This document shows, one piece after another, positions 33,366 through 45,098 of a stretch of DNA of 64,000 nucleotides. The number at the start of each line of letters is the position of its first letter. Positions within the stretch are counted from its first letter, which is position 1. The position numbers and the translations under genes are program-made. Under the pieces are notes generated by a model. It worked only from the letters and a program-made list of their open reading frames with translations. It was not told the DNA's origin and did no database searches. The DNA is from Lama guanicoe (Eukaryota). The DNA lies in contig MU056303.1 of NCBI GenBank assembly GCA_013239625.1, positions 9,108,049-9,172,048 on the forward strand, read 5' to 3'.

Positions 33366-34760
33366 TACAACTTGATAACAAAAAGNNNNNNNNNNNNNNN
33401 NNNNNNNNNNNNNNNNNNNNNNNNNNNNNNNNNNNNNNNNNNNNNNNNNNNNNNNNNNNNNNNNNNNNNNNNNNNNNNNNNNNNNNNNNNNNNNNNNNNN
33501 NNNNNNNNNNNNNNNNNNNNNNNNNNNNNNTCACACCTGTTAGCAGAGCTGTTATCAAAAAGACAAGAAATAAGTATTGGTCAGGACGGGGAGAAAAGGG
33601 AACCCTTGCACACGGTTGGTGGGAATGTAAATTGGTTCCGACAATATGGAAANNNNNNNNNNNNNNNNNNNNNNNNNNNNNNNNNNNNNNNNNNNNNNNN
33701 NNNNNNNNNNNNNNNNNNNNNNNNNNNNNNNNNNNNNNNNNNNNNNNNNNNNNNNNNNNNNNNNNNNNNNNNNNNNNNNNNNNNNNNNNNNNNNNNNNNG
33801 CCAAGTTATGGAAACAGCCTAACAGTCCATCAATAAATGAAGAAGATGTGGAATATATACACAATGGAGTATTATTCAGCCACGAGAAAGAAGGAAATTC
33901 TGCCATTTGCAACAACATGGATGAACCTTAAGGGCATTATGGAAAGTGAAATAAGACAAATACCACATTGTGTCACTTATTNNNNNNNNNNNNNNNNNNN
34001 NNNNNNNNNNNNNNNNNNNNNNNNNNNNNNNNNNNNNNNNNNNNNNNNNNNNNNNNNNNNNNNNNNNNNNNNNNNNNNNNNNNNNNNNNNNNNNNNNNNN
34101 NNNNNNNNNNNNNNNNNNNNNNNNNNNNNNNNNNNNNNNNNNNNNNNNNNNNNNNNNNNNNNNNNNNNNNNNNNNNNNNNNNNNNNNNNNNNNNNNNNNN
34201 NNNNNNNNNNNNNNNNNNNNNNNNNNNNNNNNNNNNNNNNNNNNNNNNNNNNNNNNNNNNNNNNNNNNNNNNNNNNNNNNNNNNNNNNNNNNNNNNNNNN
34301 NNNNNNNNNNNNNNNNNNNNNNNNNNNNNNNNNNNNNNNNNNNNTTAAAACAAAGAGTATAAAAGTGGTTGCTGGTGCTGGGAAGGAGGGGAAACAGGGA
34401 GAGGTTGGTTTGGTAAAGGACATAAACTTTCAGCGATAAGATGAGTAAGCTCGTCTTATTGTAAAATTGGGTCTAATGTAAAACATGGTGACTGCAGTTA
34501 TACACAACATGTGTATTTCAAATTTGCTCAGAGTGTAGAATTAAATGTTCTCACTACAAAGAGAGACAGAGACAGAGAGAGAAATGGAGGTGATGGGTGT
34601 ATTAATTAGCTCGATGGTGGCGGGGGAATCCTTTCACAATGTAAACACATGTCAAATCACCACAATGTACACCTTAAACATCTTACAGTTATATTTATCA
34701 ATTATATCTCAGTAAAGCTACAAATTTTGTAATTAAATATATAAAAAATTTTTAGTTTTG
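33366..34760 (+). mobile_element. L1MA9-like 3' portion containing three assembly gaps (33386-33530, 33653-33799, 33982-34344)
   Basis: ORF2 end [28 protein letters not shown]; 3' UTR tttcacaatgtaaacacatgtcaaatcacc...tcaattatatctcagtaaagct. Confidence 0.9.
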
Positions 34761-35555
34761 GAAAAGATTGATTCTTAAATCTGCCACTTGTTTTATACCT
34801 TAAGCAAGTTTAAGCAGATCTGTTCAGAGAGCACAATGGGAAAGCAGGATACTCATGCTGTTTAAATTCACCACGAAGGAGGAATGAGTATTTGTTCCCG
34901 TCTTGGCCTGAGAGTCAACCACCAACCAGACAGAGGAACACTGGAATTCTTCACTATAAAATTATGAAGGTAGGATTTGAATTCCATCTCAAATAAACCC
35001 TGAGCTGAAACCTGTATTTTCATAATGAACCAAAAAGCACAGTTTACTTTAAAAAAAAATCACTTCTTGGAGAATTAAGAGGGGCATAAGGAATATGTTT
35101 GGGGCTCTGGGGGTAAAAAAGGGCTTATCACGGAAGAACAAATTGTAATAACTAGAGAGCTATAAAACGATCCATTTATGTCCAATAAAAATCATTTAAA
35201 ATTTAAAAATCTAAGTTTTTTCTGAAGGTATTGCCACAAATATATAATAAGTACAAAGTTCAACTGAAACATATGGCATTTTCCAGCCTAAACCAGCTGC
35301 CTGGGACTTCATTTTCTGGGCTAAGATGCAGTCAGCACTGAAGCAGAAGCCATCTTACCTCAAGTCCAAGGTCATGGGTGAACACCAGGAGATACCTAAT
35401 TAGGGCAAAGGTGCAAGCCACAGCTCCAACATCAGGGTTAACTTCTGGTTCCTGAGCCTGGTACTTGCTCCTTAAAACTCATAGGCGTGACCTCTATAAA
35501 CCAGGGAATACCCTCCCCACATTTTATTACTTCCAGCATTCTGAGCCTCACCTTC

Positions 35556-35630
35556 TATGATGCTTAATTTTATGGGTCAACTTGAATGAGCCATGGATGC
35601 CCAGATACCTGGTTAAACATTATTTCTTGT
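35556..35630 (+). mobile_element. MLT2 (ERVL LTR) 5' fragment
   Basis: tgatgcttaattttatgggtcaacttga...gcccagatacctggttaaacattatt. Confidence 0.8.
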
Positions 35631-35639
35631 GGGAAATAG

Positions 35640-36680
35640 ATCCTAGTGGCAGATGTGTAAAGGATATACTTAACAGGGACAAAATTAGAGGCAGAGATAA
35701 GACAGGAAATGTACAATATTAAGTTGAAAATTAATAAAGACACAAATTAGGATGCTCGTAACATGAATGAAGGTGACAGAACAAACCCAAAAATTAATTA
35801 GAAAGAAAAATTGCCAGGTGTTGGTGATTGTTTAGACGTGTGTGACATGGGGCACATATGGCATTCAAGTCCCCAGGATTAGAGCTGGCTTGAGATGATG
35901 AGTCAAGTGTTGAAGATGTTAAGTTGAGAGGTCTGGGGGACCTCAAGTAGAGATGCAACAGAATATACATATCTGGCCCTCCCCAGAGAGACCTGGAGGT
36001 TGCTTACATCCAGGTAAGTGTGAGCTCTTCCAGGAAGAAGGGCAGTGAGCCAAGGACAGACCACCAGTGAGACCCCCAAACACTGGAAAGGTGGACAGAG
36101 AGGCATTCCCAAAGAAGGCAGTTAATAAATGATTGGAGAGCGTATTAGTTAAAAAATAAAATAAAAATAAGAGTCATCCATAGTTTCAGATTCAGAAGAA
36201 AGCTGGAGAAAACCCAGACGGAACATACAAAACTCCCCTCTGGATACAGCCATTAGGGAGACACTGGTCTCCAGAAAGAGCAACTCAATAGTAGACGGAA
36301 GAGAAGGGAAGTGGCTAAGGGCATGAGGGACCAAGGGAGAGTTTGGAGGACCGTGGCATTTTTAGAATGGGAAAGAATTGACTATGTTTGCAGACTGAAA
36401 GGGAGGAATTGTTAAGAGAAAAAAGATTGAGGCTATTAGTCAAGACGGAGAGGAGGCGGAGGGGTTGATTAAGGCAGCAGCGCCCGATGTGATAGGAGGT
36501 GTGGCCCAAAGCAGAGGCAAAGCGGTCAGGCGGGAACATAAAGAACAACCTGCAGGAAAGAGTAAGGACAATAAAGCTGCAGAGAAGTTAGAAAAGTCGA
36601 TAGGAAAGTTTAAAGATATTGAGCAAGATCATGCCTTTTGACCTCAGGCTTTCGTGACGAAATAGGAAGCAAGCCCTCGT
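35640..36680 (-). mobile_element. L2 fragment
   Basis: ttggtgattgtttaga...gatgttaagttgagaggtc...ccaaggacaga...atgtttgcagactgaaagggagg antisense L2. Confidence 0.7.
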
Positions 36681-37589
36681 GAACTACGGTGACATTCATC
36701 CACCCAGCTGGGTGATTAACTCCAGCAGCCCTCAGGAAGCAGGGAATGGGGTGGGGGAGGCTGGGATGCGGTCAAGTTGAGCTGCAGGAAACCCTAGAAA
36801 ATCCTAAATGGGACGAGTCAAAGAGAGTCCAGGTGGGGCGGTCCCGGGAGAGGACAAAATTCATGTTACTGGAATCCCATCCCAAGAAAATACCGGCCTA
36901 AGATTCCCAAACTGATTTCAGTCCTGGAGCAAAACAAGGTTCTTAGACATCCCCCTGTCCTCGAATCAGTTAAGCTTAATCACGCTAATCAGAAGCTGCT
37001 AGCTTTGTGTTCTCCATTTAAAAAGTATTAAACTGGGAGAACCTGTAGGGCTCCAGCCAACTCACAGGCACAGGGATCTCCCTCCTCTCGGGCATGTGTA
37101 GGACTTGTTTGTTTTCCATTTTGGATGCTCCTAAGGGCCAGGTTTAGGCAGTGAAATAGGCCTGGTCCTTCTCCCCACCTCACCTGTTGGTCTCTCTCTC
37201 TCCCAATAAAAGAAAATGTTTCTCCATCAGAGTTTTTAAATCGAACCCTTAAAAATCGGTGTTCCGTGCCTCTCATCTCCTTGACCTCAGTTGACGACGC
37301 GTGCCCCCTCTGCTTTCCAGGTGACTCGTCTGCTTTCTGCTAACCTCCCTCCCAATATTCTCAAACTCTGCAAACCCCACGCAACTCTGAAAGGTGCTCC
37401 CTTATCTGAAGCTGACCCTTCCCCAAAGACACCACATCCTTTATAGCCCTGAAGAAGGTGGAGTTCATGTATTGCCAAGTCCCATTTTCTAGAGCAAGGA
37501 TATTCCCCCAGTTTCGCATTTGCATTTTTTAAAGTTCCTCCCTTTTGACTCCCATGCTGTCCGGGTCTACTACTCTCTGCCTTTCCTCA

Positions 37590-38560
37590 TAGCACTTATG
37601 TCTGACCTCCTGATAATTCTACCTCCACTCATCAGACTTTGGCACCTGGCACACTAGCTTCTCACCGTGAGCGCTGCCCTCGTCCTTGAGGACAACCCTA
37701 CCAGCACCCTGGCATCATTGCCCCCAGGTTGGCTGTCCACCCTGGAACCACCCCACTGCCAAATCTAAGCCTCTTAGACTCTAGAGTCCACCTCCAGTGA
37801 AAACATCCTGTCCTTCATCTCCCTTGCTCTTTTTTCCCAAGCCCCTGAAGCCTTTTCTCTCATTTTGTTCACATCTCTCTGCTTCATCTGCTCCCATGTC
37901 TAGACTAGACTCTACACAGCAGAATGTCAATCATCTCTCGACATCGTCTGCAGCTCCTTGGTCCTGTCCTTGTGCTACGATCATCTAACAAATCCCTAAT
38001 ATCCCGACCTGCTTGTTCCCCAGGATGGCAGAGGTGCCCAGAGAAAATTCACAGCTGGGAAGATCTGCCATTCCACAAGCAGAGTTACCAATCTCAGCTG
38101 AACTCCCGGTCTGCTCGGGTACCCTGTTATCTGCCCCAGGTCAGCTCTCTGTCCCTAGTCTCTACAGTGATGATTCCAACTTTAACCCTCTCCTTAAACT
38201 GCCTCCCTAACAATGTCTTCACTCTTAATTTCACAAAGAAAATAGGAGCCCTCAGATGAGAGCTCTCTCAGCATCCCAGGTGTATCCGTGTCTTTTCCTA
38301 CCTTCCTTTTCCCGACCTCTTCTCTGAGGTTGATTCATCCACCAGCCTCTGCTTTCTAGCCTGCCTTACAACACTAATTCTCTTATTTTCTGGATCTTCC
38401 ATCTCTTTGTTCTTCCTCTCAGATTTTAACTTATAAATGCAGCTGATCCTCTCCCATCCTTAAAAAAAAGTCACTGTGACTCCAGTTTCCAGTTCTAGTT
38501 GATGGTCTTCACAACCCAGCTGTGCAATAAACCTTCCTCACTTCCCATACTTTTCATTTT
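37590..38560 (+). mobile_element. L2 ORF2 fragment
   Basis: gactttggcacctggc...ttcacaaagaaaataggagccctcagatgagagctc C/T-rich sense L2. Confidence 0.6.
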
Positions 38561-38699
38561 AATTAAAGTCTTGCAAAAAAATATTAAGGGCTGAGCTCCC
38601 TGCCTAGTGCATAGTGAGTAAATGCTACTCCTCTTGCTCCACCAATTCCTTCTTCATAATTTTATTCTTAAAACAGTATTGTTTCCTGTCAATAAAAAT

Positions 38700-40400
38700 G
38701 GAATGCATATCATCCAAAAAAAGTAATGCATAAGATTAGCTTTGAAACTCAAGCAATGCAATTAGTCTCAACAAATATATTAAATATTTTTCTGTAATCC
38801 TCATTTTTCTACACAGCCCATATATACTCTATTTTAACTTTTTGTAGTTTGACGTTATCTTTTCTCTTCCTACTATGGAAGATAAGGATTCCATTCTCTT
38901 TGCCAACAACTCACCATCTCCTACCAGGCATACAGACATCTTGTCCTTGTCCCTCCCTCTATCCTCCCCGTATAGTTAGATCATGCTTAGTGGTGAAATT
39001 ATTATTTGACAATTATATTAACATATCTATATATTTGGTACTTTTAGTGTACTATGATAATGTTTTCCTTGTACACATTTTGTTTTGCCTAATTGCTTCT
39101 TTTTCCCAATCCATCTTGCTATGTCTCTATCCCTAAATCACCCCACACTTTCCAAATAAAGAGTAAAACTGTCTAGTGAAACACACAAGGAAATCTACCA
39201 CTTGTTAAGTTTCCCTGGACAACCCTTCCATCATCACTTTCACATGGAAGGGTATCTCTCCAGGCTGCTCCCCACTGTCATCTTGAGCTTCCCCCTACCA
39301 TCATCTTACTAATTTCCTTTACTTCCCTCAGTACTATCGACCCTGCTTCCTAGATTCCAAGTCTTCCTGTTTCTGGGTTTACATCCTCATTTGGTGGAGC
39401 ACATCCTACAGTAGCTTTCTGAGAAAAGGGTCAAGGAAAGCACTTTTTTTTTTTTTTTGAGAACTGCCTTCACACTTGACTGGTCATTTTGTTAGGACTA
39501 AGATTGTAGGCTGGAAATTATCTTTCCCTCAGAATGTTGAAGGCATTCAACACTGCACACTGTCTGCAAATGATTGAGAATCTTATGCCATTCTGATTTC
39601 TGGTCCTTTGTACATAATCTGCTTTGATCCTCCCTGGTAGGGTCCTAATATTTCACAATAATGTGCCTTGCATGAGGATATTTTTTTCGTCCATTATGTT
39701 CAGCACTCACTGGGCCCTTTTGGACTGGGAATCCAAGACTTCAGATGCTTTGGAAATTTTGTTCCCATTTCTTTGATAATTAACCCCTCTCCTCTCTTTC
39801 CCTTTCATGAGTTCTTAATAGTCAAATGTTTGACCTTCTGGACTTGCTTCAAATCTTTGTTGGTTCTTGGCTTCTTCTTTTCATACCTAATGGTGAGGAA
39901 TGAATAATGCATTTATTAGAGGTTTCTCATGCACGGGCAGGGCTAGTTACCTGCTTAGCTTCAACCAGGGCTTGAGGAAGGATCCGTCTGTTCTGTTAGG
40001 TCTTTGTCTGGAGCAGGTTCATTTTCCCAGAATGCAACCTCCAGTCTCCTCACCTGGCTGCCTGCACTGAGTGGGCTCAGCAGCAGAAGAAGCCAAGGGA
40101 ATTTCACTGTTCAGGGTGCAAAGGTTTGCTTTGTGCCTGCTTTCAGCACATTCCCTGAGTGCCAGAATACATCTACCATTTGGGGGCGGGGGAGCAGGTG
40201 GAGGGGCAGTTGCCTGGATGCCTTAGAGAGAGGACCTAAGTGTTCTCCTTGCAAACTGTCCACCAGCCCTTCTGCTTTTTGCCCCTTCCTAGGATCTCAG
40301 CTTCCAGAAGTGCTGAGATTCTGATGCCTCTGATTCCTAAGCCTTTCAGGGTGTGGACAGGAATGGACATGTTCCTTATTGATTTCATCCCACCTCACTC
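38700..40400 (-). mobile_element. HAL1 element (antisense)
   Basis: cttcctagattccaagtcttcctg...ttggtggagcacatcctacagtagctttctgagaaaaggg...ccctcagaatgttgaaggcatt is the reverse-complement counterpart of the HAL1 at 11755-13170. Confidence 0.75.
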
Positions 40401-40429
40401 CCATTGTTAGCTTTCTCTGAAGGAGAAGA

Positions 40430-40550
40430 AGGAAGTGGGGGGGAGTGATGAAAAGAGGGAAACGAAGGGGAGAGAAAGAGAGGAAAGGAGAGAAGAGAGA
40501 AAAAAGAAGGAAGGAAGGGGAGGAGAGGAGGAAGGGAGAGGAGGAGAGGG
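40430..40550. repeat. Purine-rich (GA) low-complexity tract
   Basis: Nearly pure G/A run. Confidence 0.85.
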
Positions 40551-40790
40551 GACATTTATTGAACATCTGTTATGCACCAGACCTTGTCTGTGCTGGGCCC
40601 TTTCATAAAGAAACATGTTTTAATCCCAACAGTAACCCTCTTAGATGGGTCCTGGTACCATTATTCACATTGTATCATTGAGGAAACATTGTTCAGAAAT
40701 ACCAGTTAAATTGTCCAAGGTCATACAATTAGTAAATGTCGACATTCAGACTCGGGGCTCGGGCTCTGTCATCCCCAAGACCCTGCCCCT
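40551..40790 (-). mobile_element. MIR SINE
   Basis: acatttattgaacatctgttatgcaccag...tgaggaaac...ttgtccaaggtcatacaattagtaaatg. Confidence 0.85.
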
Positions 40791-40849
40791 TCCCCTACCT
40801 CCTGCTGAGAGAGATTCACGGCCCTGGAGTCTACAGGCCATCTCTTAAG

Positions 40850-41600
40850 TCACCCAGTGTAGGCACCCAATGCTCCCCCTTCCAGCCTCGGGTCCCCCCG
40901 GCCTTGCGGGCCTTCTGGGGCAGTGGGCAGACTGCTTTACATTCTCCCTGGAAGGGGCCCAAGGCCCTGTGTTCTCAGCTGCTTGGGCCGAGATCTGAAG
41001 CCCAGACCCCGCCGCTGACGTCACTGGGGGCACCCTCCACTTCCACCGGGCGTTTATGCTGGCACAGCCCGAGAGCGGGGCTGGCGGGAAGGGGCTCAGC
41101 CCAAACAGGATTAATAAGAGGCAGCTGGGCTTTAAAAGCCTCCCTGACAATGTAAAGAAACGAAGTCAGATGTTTTTGGAAAGGACTCCTGCATAAACGT
41201 GTCCAACTCCTCGCCTCTTCCTAGTGCCTCTCTCCCGCCTCCTCCCCACACCCTTGAATCAAGGTTTCTGTTGCTTTTTTCAGCCTAATGGACGATGGCC
41301 TGATTGGCTCCAGTCAGACGCTGGCCCGCGGAAGTTAGTGTCCCAGGGCGAACCATTTAAGCAGGCCCTCGCGCTCGGCTCACCCACCAAGTGCCCTCAG
41401 CGCCATGCTGACCACGCCCTGGTCCCGGCCCTGCTGGGCAGAGGTGGTGAAATGTTTTGGGTGGATAAAGAGGAAGTGGACACAGGAGGTGGGCAGGGAT
41501 TGGCCCCTTTGTGGATTGCCTAAAAACCACACTGGGTACCACAGCAGAGGCGTGCATCACTAAGTAACACTCGGGGACCAGAAAAATCCAAGCTACGATG
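40850..41600. promoter_or_regulatory. CpG-rich promoter-like/myeloid enhancer candidate
   Basis: Full CRE TGACGTCA 41016-41023, E2F TGGCGGGAA 41082-41090, NF-Y CTGATTGGCT 41300-41309, ETS CGGAAGT 41329-41335, PU.1 AAAGAGGAAGTG 41467-41478, C/EBP-like ATTGCCTAA 41515-41523, RUNX AACCACA 41525-41531 and ACCACA 41538-41543. Confidence 0.6.
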
Positions 41601-41994
41601 TACCAGGCACCTCCTACGCCCTGGACTGTCATTCCCACACTTCATCAAGCCCTGCCCAGGCTGTCTTCCTGTCCAGCCCATCTAAATCCTTCCATCCACA
41701 AGGGAGAGGTCCTACCTGTCTCCTGTGGGAAGCCTTCCCTGGCAAGTCCTCCCAGAGAGAGGTCCATGCAGGCCACTCTTAATCACATAATTTATGTTGA
41801 GGACCATCTGCCATTTACATTAGCTTAGGAGGCCTAGGGAAGGCCCCAAGAAGGAATTCAGTGCCAAAAGAAACTCTTCCCCATGAAAAACTAGCATTTT
41901 CTCTCCCTTCAGACAATGAGATCTTTGTAACTCATCCTGTTTCCTTCTTTGCTGATGGAGAACCTCCAAGCACAAGGATGGCTTAATTCAATTT

Positions 41995-42545
41995 AAGAGT
42001 TCAGGAAGGATCTCTTCTCTATAAGAGAGAGAACTTTCAGGTGAAATCCCGACTAAGAAGAAGAATTTGCCAGATGAAGAGTGGAGGGAACATCTTCCAT
42101 TCCGAAAAAGCAGCACGTGCTAAGGTTCTGAGGTTGAAAAGAACTGAATGTCTGGTGTGGCTGGATCACACCACGGAAAGAAGACAGTGGTACTAATAAA
42201 ACTGCGTAATGAGTTTCAGACCCTGGCAGAGAGCGGAGCCAGCTCTTACAGGTCCTGAAGGCCATGTGAAAAGTCCAGATTTGAGCCCAAGTGCACTAGG
42301 AAGCTCTTGAATTTTATGTTTAGGCGTGTCCTCAACCAATTTACCTTTTAAGATGATTTCTCCAGAGCCTGGTGGAAAGCACGCTGGAGAGAGACAGAAG
42401 CTGGAGTAGGGAAAGCAGTTAAGAAGCTATTGCAAATCTCCAGTTAAGAGGTGATGACGGCCCGGCCTGGATGTATCAGTGGCTGTGAAGGGAGATAGAC
42501 AGAATCAGGACATATTTTGGAGACAGACTCAACGGAACATTTGGG
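41995..42545 (-). mobile_element. L2a/b 3' fragment
   Basis: agcagcacgtgctaaggttctgagg...cagttaagaagctattgcaaatctccag...gacatattttggag. Confidence 0.85.
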
Positions 42546-42740
42546 TTGCATAAGGAGCCCTAAGGGATGGCTTCGGAGCCAGGCAGAACCGGAGCTGAGG
42601 ATTGGCTCTGCCTCTGAATGGCCGTGTGCCCCGAGCTTCCCCTCTCTGAGCCTCACACCACCCACCTGTCAAATGGGAGTGATAGCAACCACCTCCAGGG
42701 CCGGAGGTGAAGGTGATGGGCTGGAAGTGTCCATCAGGAA
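42546..42740 (+). mobile_element. MIR fragment
   Basis: cttcccctctctgagcctcac...cacctgtcaaatgggagtgatagcaaccacctcc. Confidence 0.75.
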
Positions 42741-44835
42741 ATCTCTAGAGGATGTGTTTCGATAGACGGGGCTGCTGTGGGCCAGGGAAGGGACGGGAGG
42801 GCAGCCAACGCCTGCCCTGGTGAATGAAAGAGATGTCTAGGTTGAGCCACCCCCGTAGCTCAAAGTCACCCTTTCTTGTCACCCCTCCCCCACCCCCTTA
42901 GCTTGGAAACAAGCTACAGACTCCCACCTTCATACCCTGTAGGACGGCAGATTCTGCGCCTAAAGGAGTGTTTGAGGGGAAAGGGACAGAATGACCTCGA
43001 GGAGGGAAAGCTTGTGGCTTTGGGAGGCAGGGGCAACTGGAACAAAATAAGCCATTTCCTGTCCACTTGGCAGGGTTCTCCTCCCCACCCCGCTCCACCC
43101 CCTCGTCCTCCCTTTTCCTTTCGATTCTCTGTTTCCTCCTCTGCCCTGCCCCTGCCTCTCCTCCCCTCCCTTCCCCCTTCCAGTCGCCAAGAGCCAGCCT
43201 GTCCCCAGCGTGGGGACTCAGGGCTGAGAGGACCCCCCATCCCGGGTATCCGGCAACCCCCCCCCCTTTCCTCAGCAGTCAGTCACGACCAAGGTCAGTC
43301 AACATACGAGTCTCTGGAGAGAAGACCGCCGCCACACTCTCTGTCCTCTGGGAACCTAAGGAGCTCGATTTCACCAGCTTTCCCAGCACATCGTCTCCGG
43401 GCTTAGGGCCCCTGGCTCTGGGAAGCAGCGGCTTCAGTGCACCAGACTGGAGCGGTTGCATAATTCCCAGCCAGGCTCCCAGAAGCCTCACAAAGCCAGG
43501 CTTCCAAAATAACCCCAGTGAATGAGCCCAGATAATACGTGAAGTGGTATCGGCCCGCGGAGCCCAGGAGACTCACCCCGGATGGGAGGGGCGCTCGCAG
43601 ACCAGGCTGCAGTCACTTGATATCTTCTCACCAGGATGGGATTAGAAGGGGATTAAGATTAAGTGGACAGGGGGCAACTCCAGTGCACGAAGCAAAGGTG
43701 TGACTGGGCAGGGAGGAGAGAGGTCCTGTAGAGCAGCTGACAGTCCACTCAGGGTGGCCCCGCAAGCCCATGGTCATCTCTCCCAAGGGACGAGACACCG
43801 AGGTGCAGAGCTGTTCCGTAGCCGGCCCGTGTCGACACAGCACCAGGGCCGGATGGTCCTCTGTCTCCAAGCCCAGGCTGTGGACCACGAGTCCCTGCTG
43901 GCCCATCACGATGTCAGAGCCTGGGGCCACACTCCTGGAGGAGGCAAGGCGGTGATCTGAGAGACTGGCTCAGATGGAGAGGTTGACTAGTTCCCTCTGT
44001 TTCAAAATTTCCATGGCACGGATTTTAACTTTCCTCTATTCTAGTCCCAGCCGTAGTTTAACCACTCAAAGAGCAAGGAAAACAAAGAAGAAACCATGAA
44101 GAGAGTGGGAGCCGCCTGGGAGCGGAGGGAGGAAATCTCACGGGTGCAGCCAGGTCTCCAGTCTGCGAGTCCCCCTCCTGCGCCCCCTGCAAAGGCTTGG
44201 AAGGGCCCCTGGGCTCTTCCTCTGCCTCACCCCAGCTCCCCCAGCTCCACCAGGTCCCGCCTCCCTCTCAACTTCTGCCAAGAAATTTGGGGGCAACTGG
44301 TAGGAACTCTCTTTAGGGTCCTGGGCCCTAACAAATTTACCTACGTCTTCCCAGAGCCACCATTGGCTTTCTTACCACCAGCGCATGCAGAACAGACATC
44401 TCTTCCCTAATCCAGGCAAATCCCCCCAAAATGCACTTGTGACCCTTACTGCCTTTCCCTTCTCTAGTTTTGAATTCTGCCTGGCCCTCCCAGCCTTAAT
44501 CTGACCCATTTTTTATTTAATTCATCATTTAACAACCCAAGTGTCCGTCAATGGATGAATGGATAAACAAAATGTCTCCGCAGATTGTGAGATCCTTGAA
44601 GGCCGGGAGGGTACCGGGTACATCCCTGAGCCGGGCCCCTAGCACAGCTCTGGCCCACAGTATACCCAGCGAGTGGTTAGGGAAGAAATGACTGAGCCCC
44701 AAGCACTTGGTTCACACCCCTGATCCCATTAGTCACTTCCCTCCCATGAAAATCAGAGAGAAAGAGAAAAATAGGCAGAAACAAGGCAAATGTGGTGTCT
44801 GATTTAAGGAGGAAGAGGGGAAAGCAGGAAGGAAA

Positions 44836-45098
44836 NNNNNNNNNNNNNNNNNNNNNNNNNNNNNNNNNNNNNNNNNNNNNNNNNNNNNNNNNNNNNNNNN
44901 NNNNNNNNNNNNNNNNNNNNNNNNNNNNNNNNNNNNNNNNNNNNNNNNNNNNNNNNNNNNNNNNNNNNNNNNNNNNNNNNNNNNNNNNNNNNNNNNNNNN
45001 NNNNNNNNNNNNNNNNNNNNNNNNNNNNNNNNNNNNNNNNNNNNNNNNNNNNNNNNNNNNNNNNNNNNNNNNNNNNNNNNNNNNNNNNNNNNNNNNNN
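44836..45098. other. Assembly gap inside a GA-rich simple repeat (~44750-45160)
   Basis: N run flanked by gaagg/gagg tracts. Confidence 0.95.

Noticed and set aside
33289-34439. Long ORFs spanning X runs (also 5983-6312 and 44733-45389)
   Set aside because: Artefacts of N gaps
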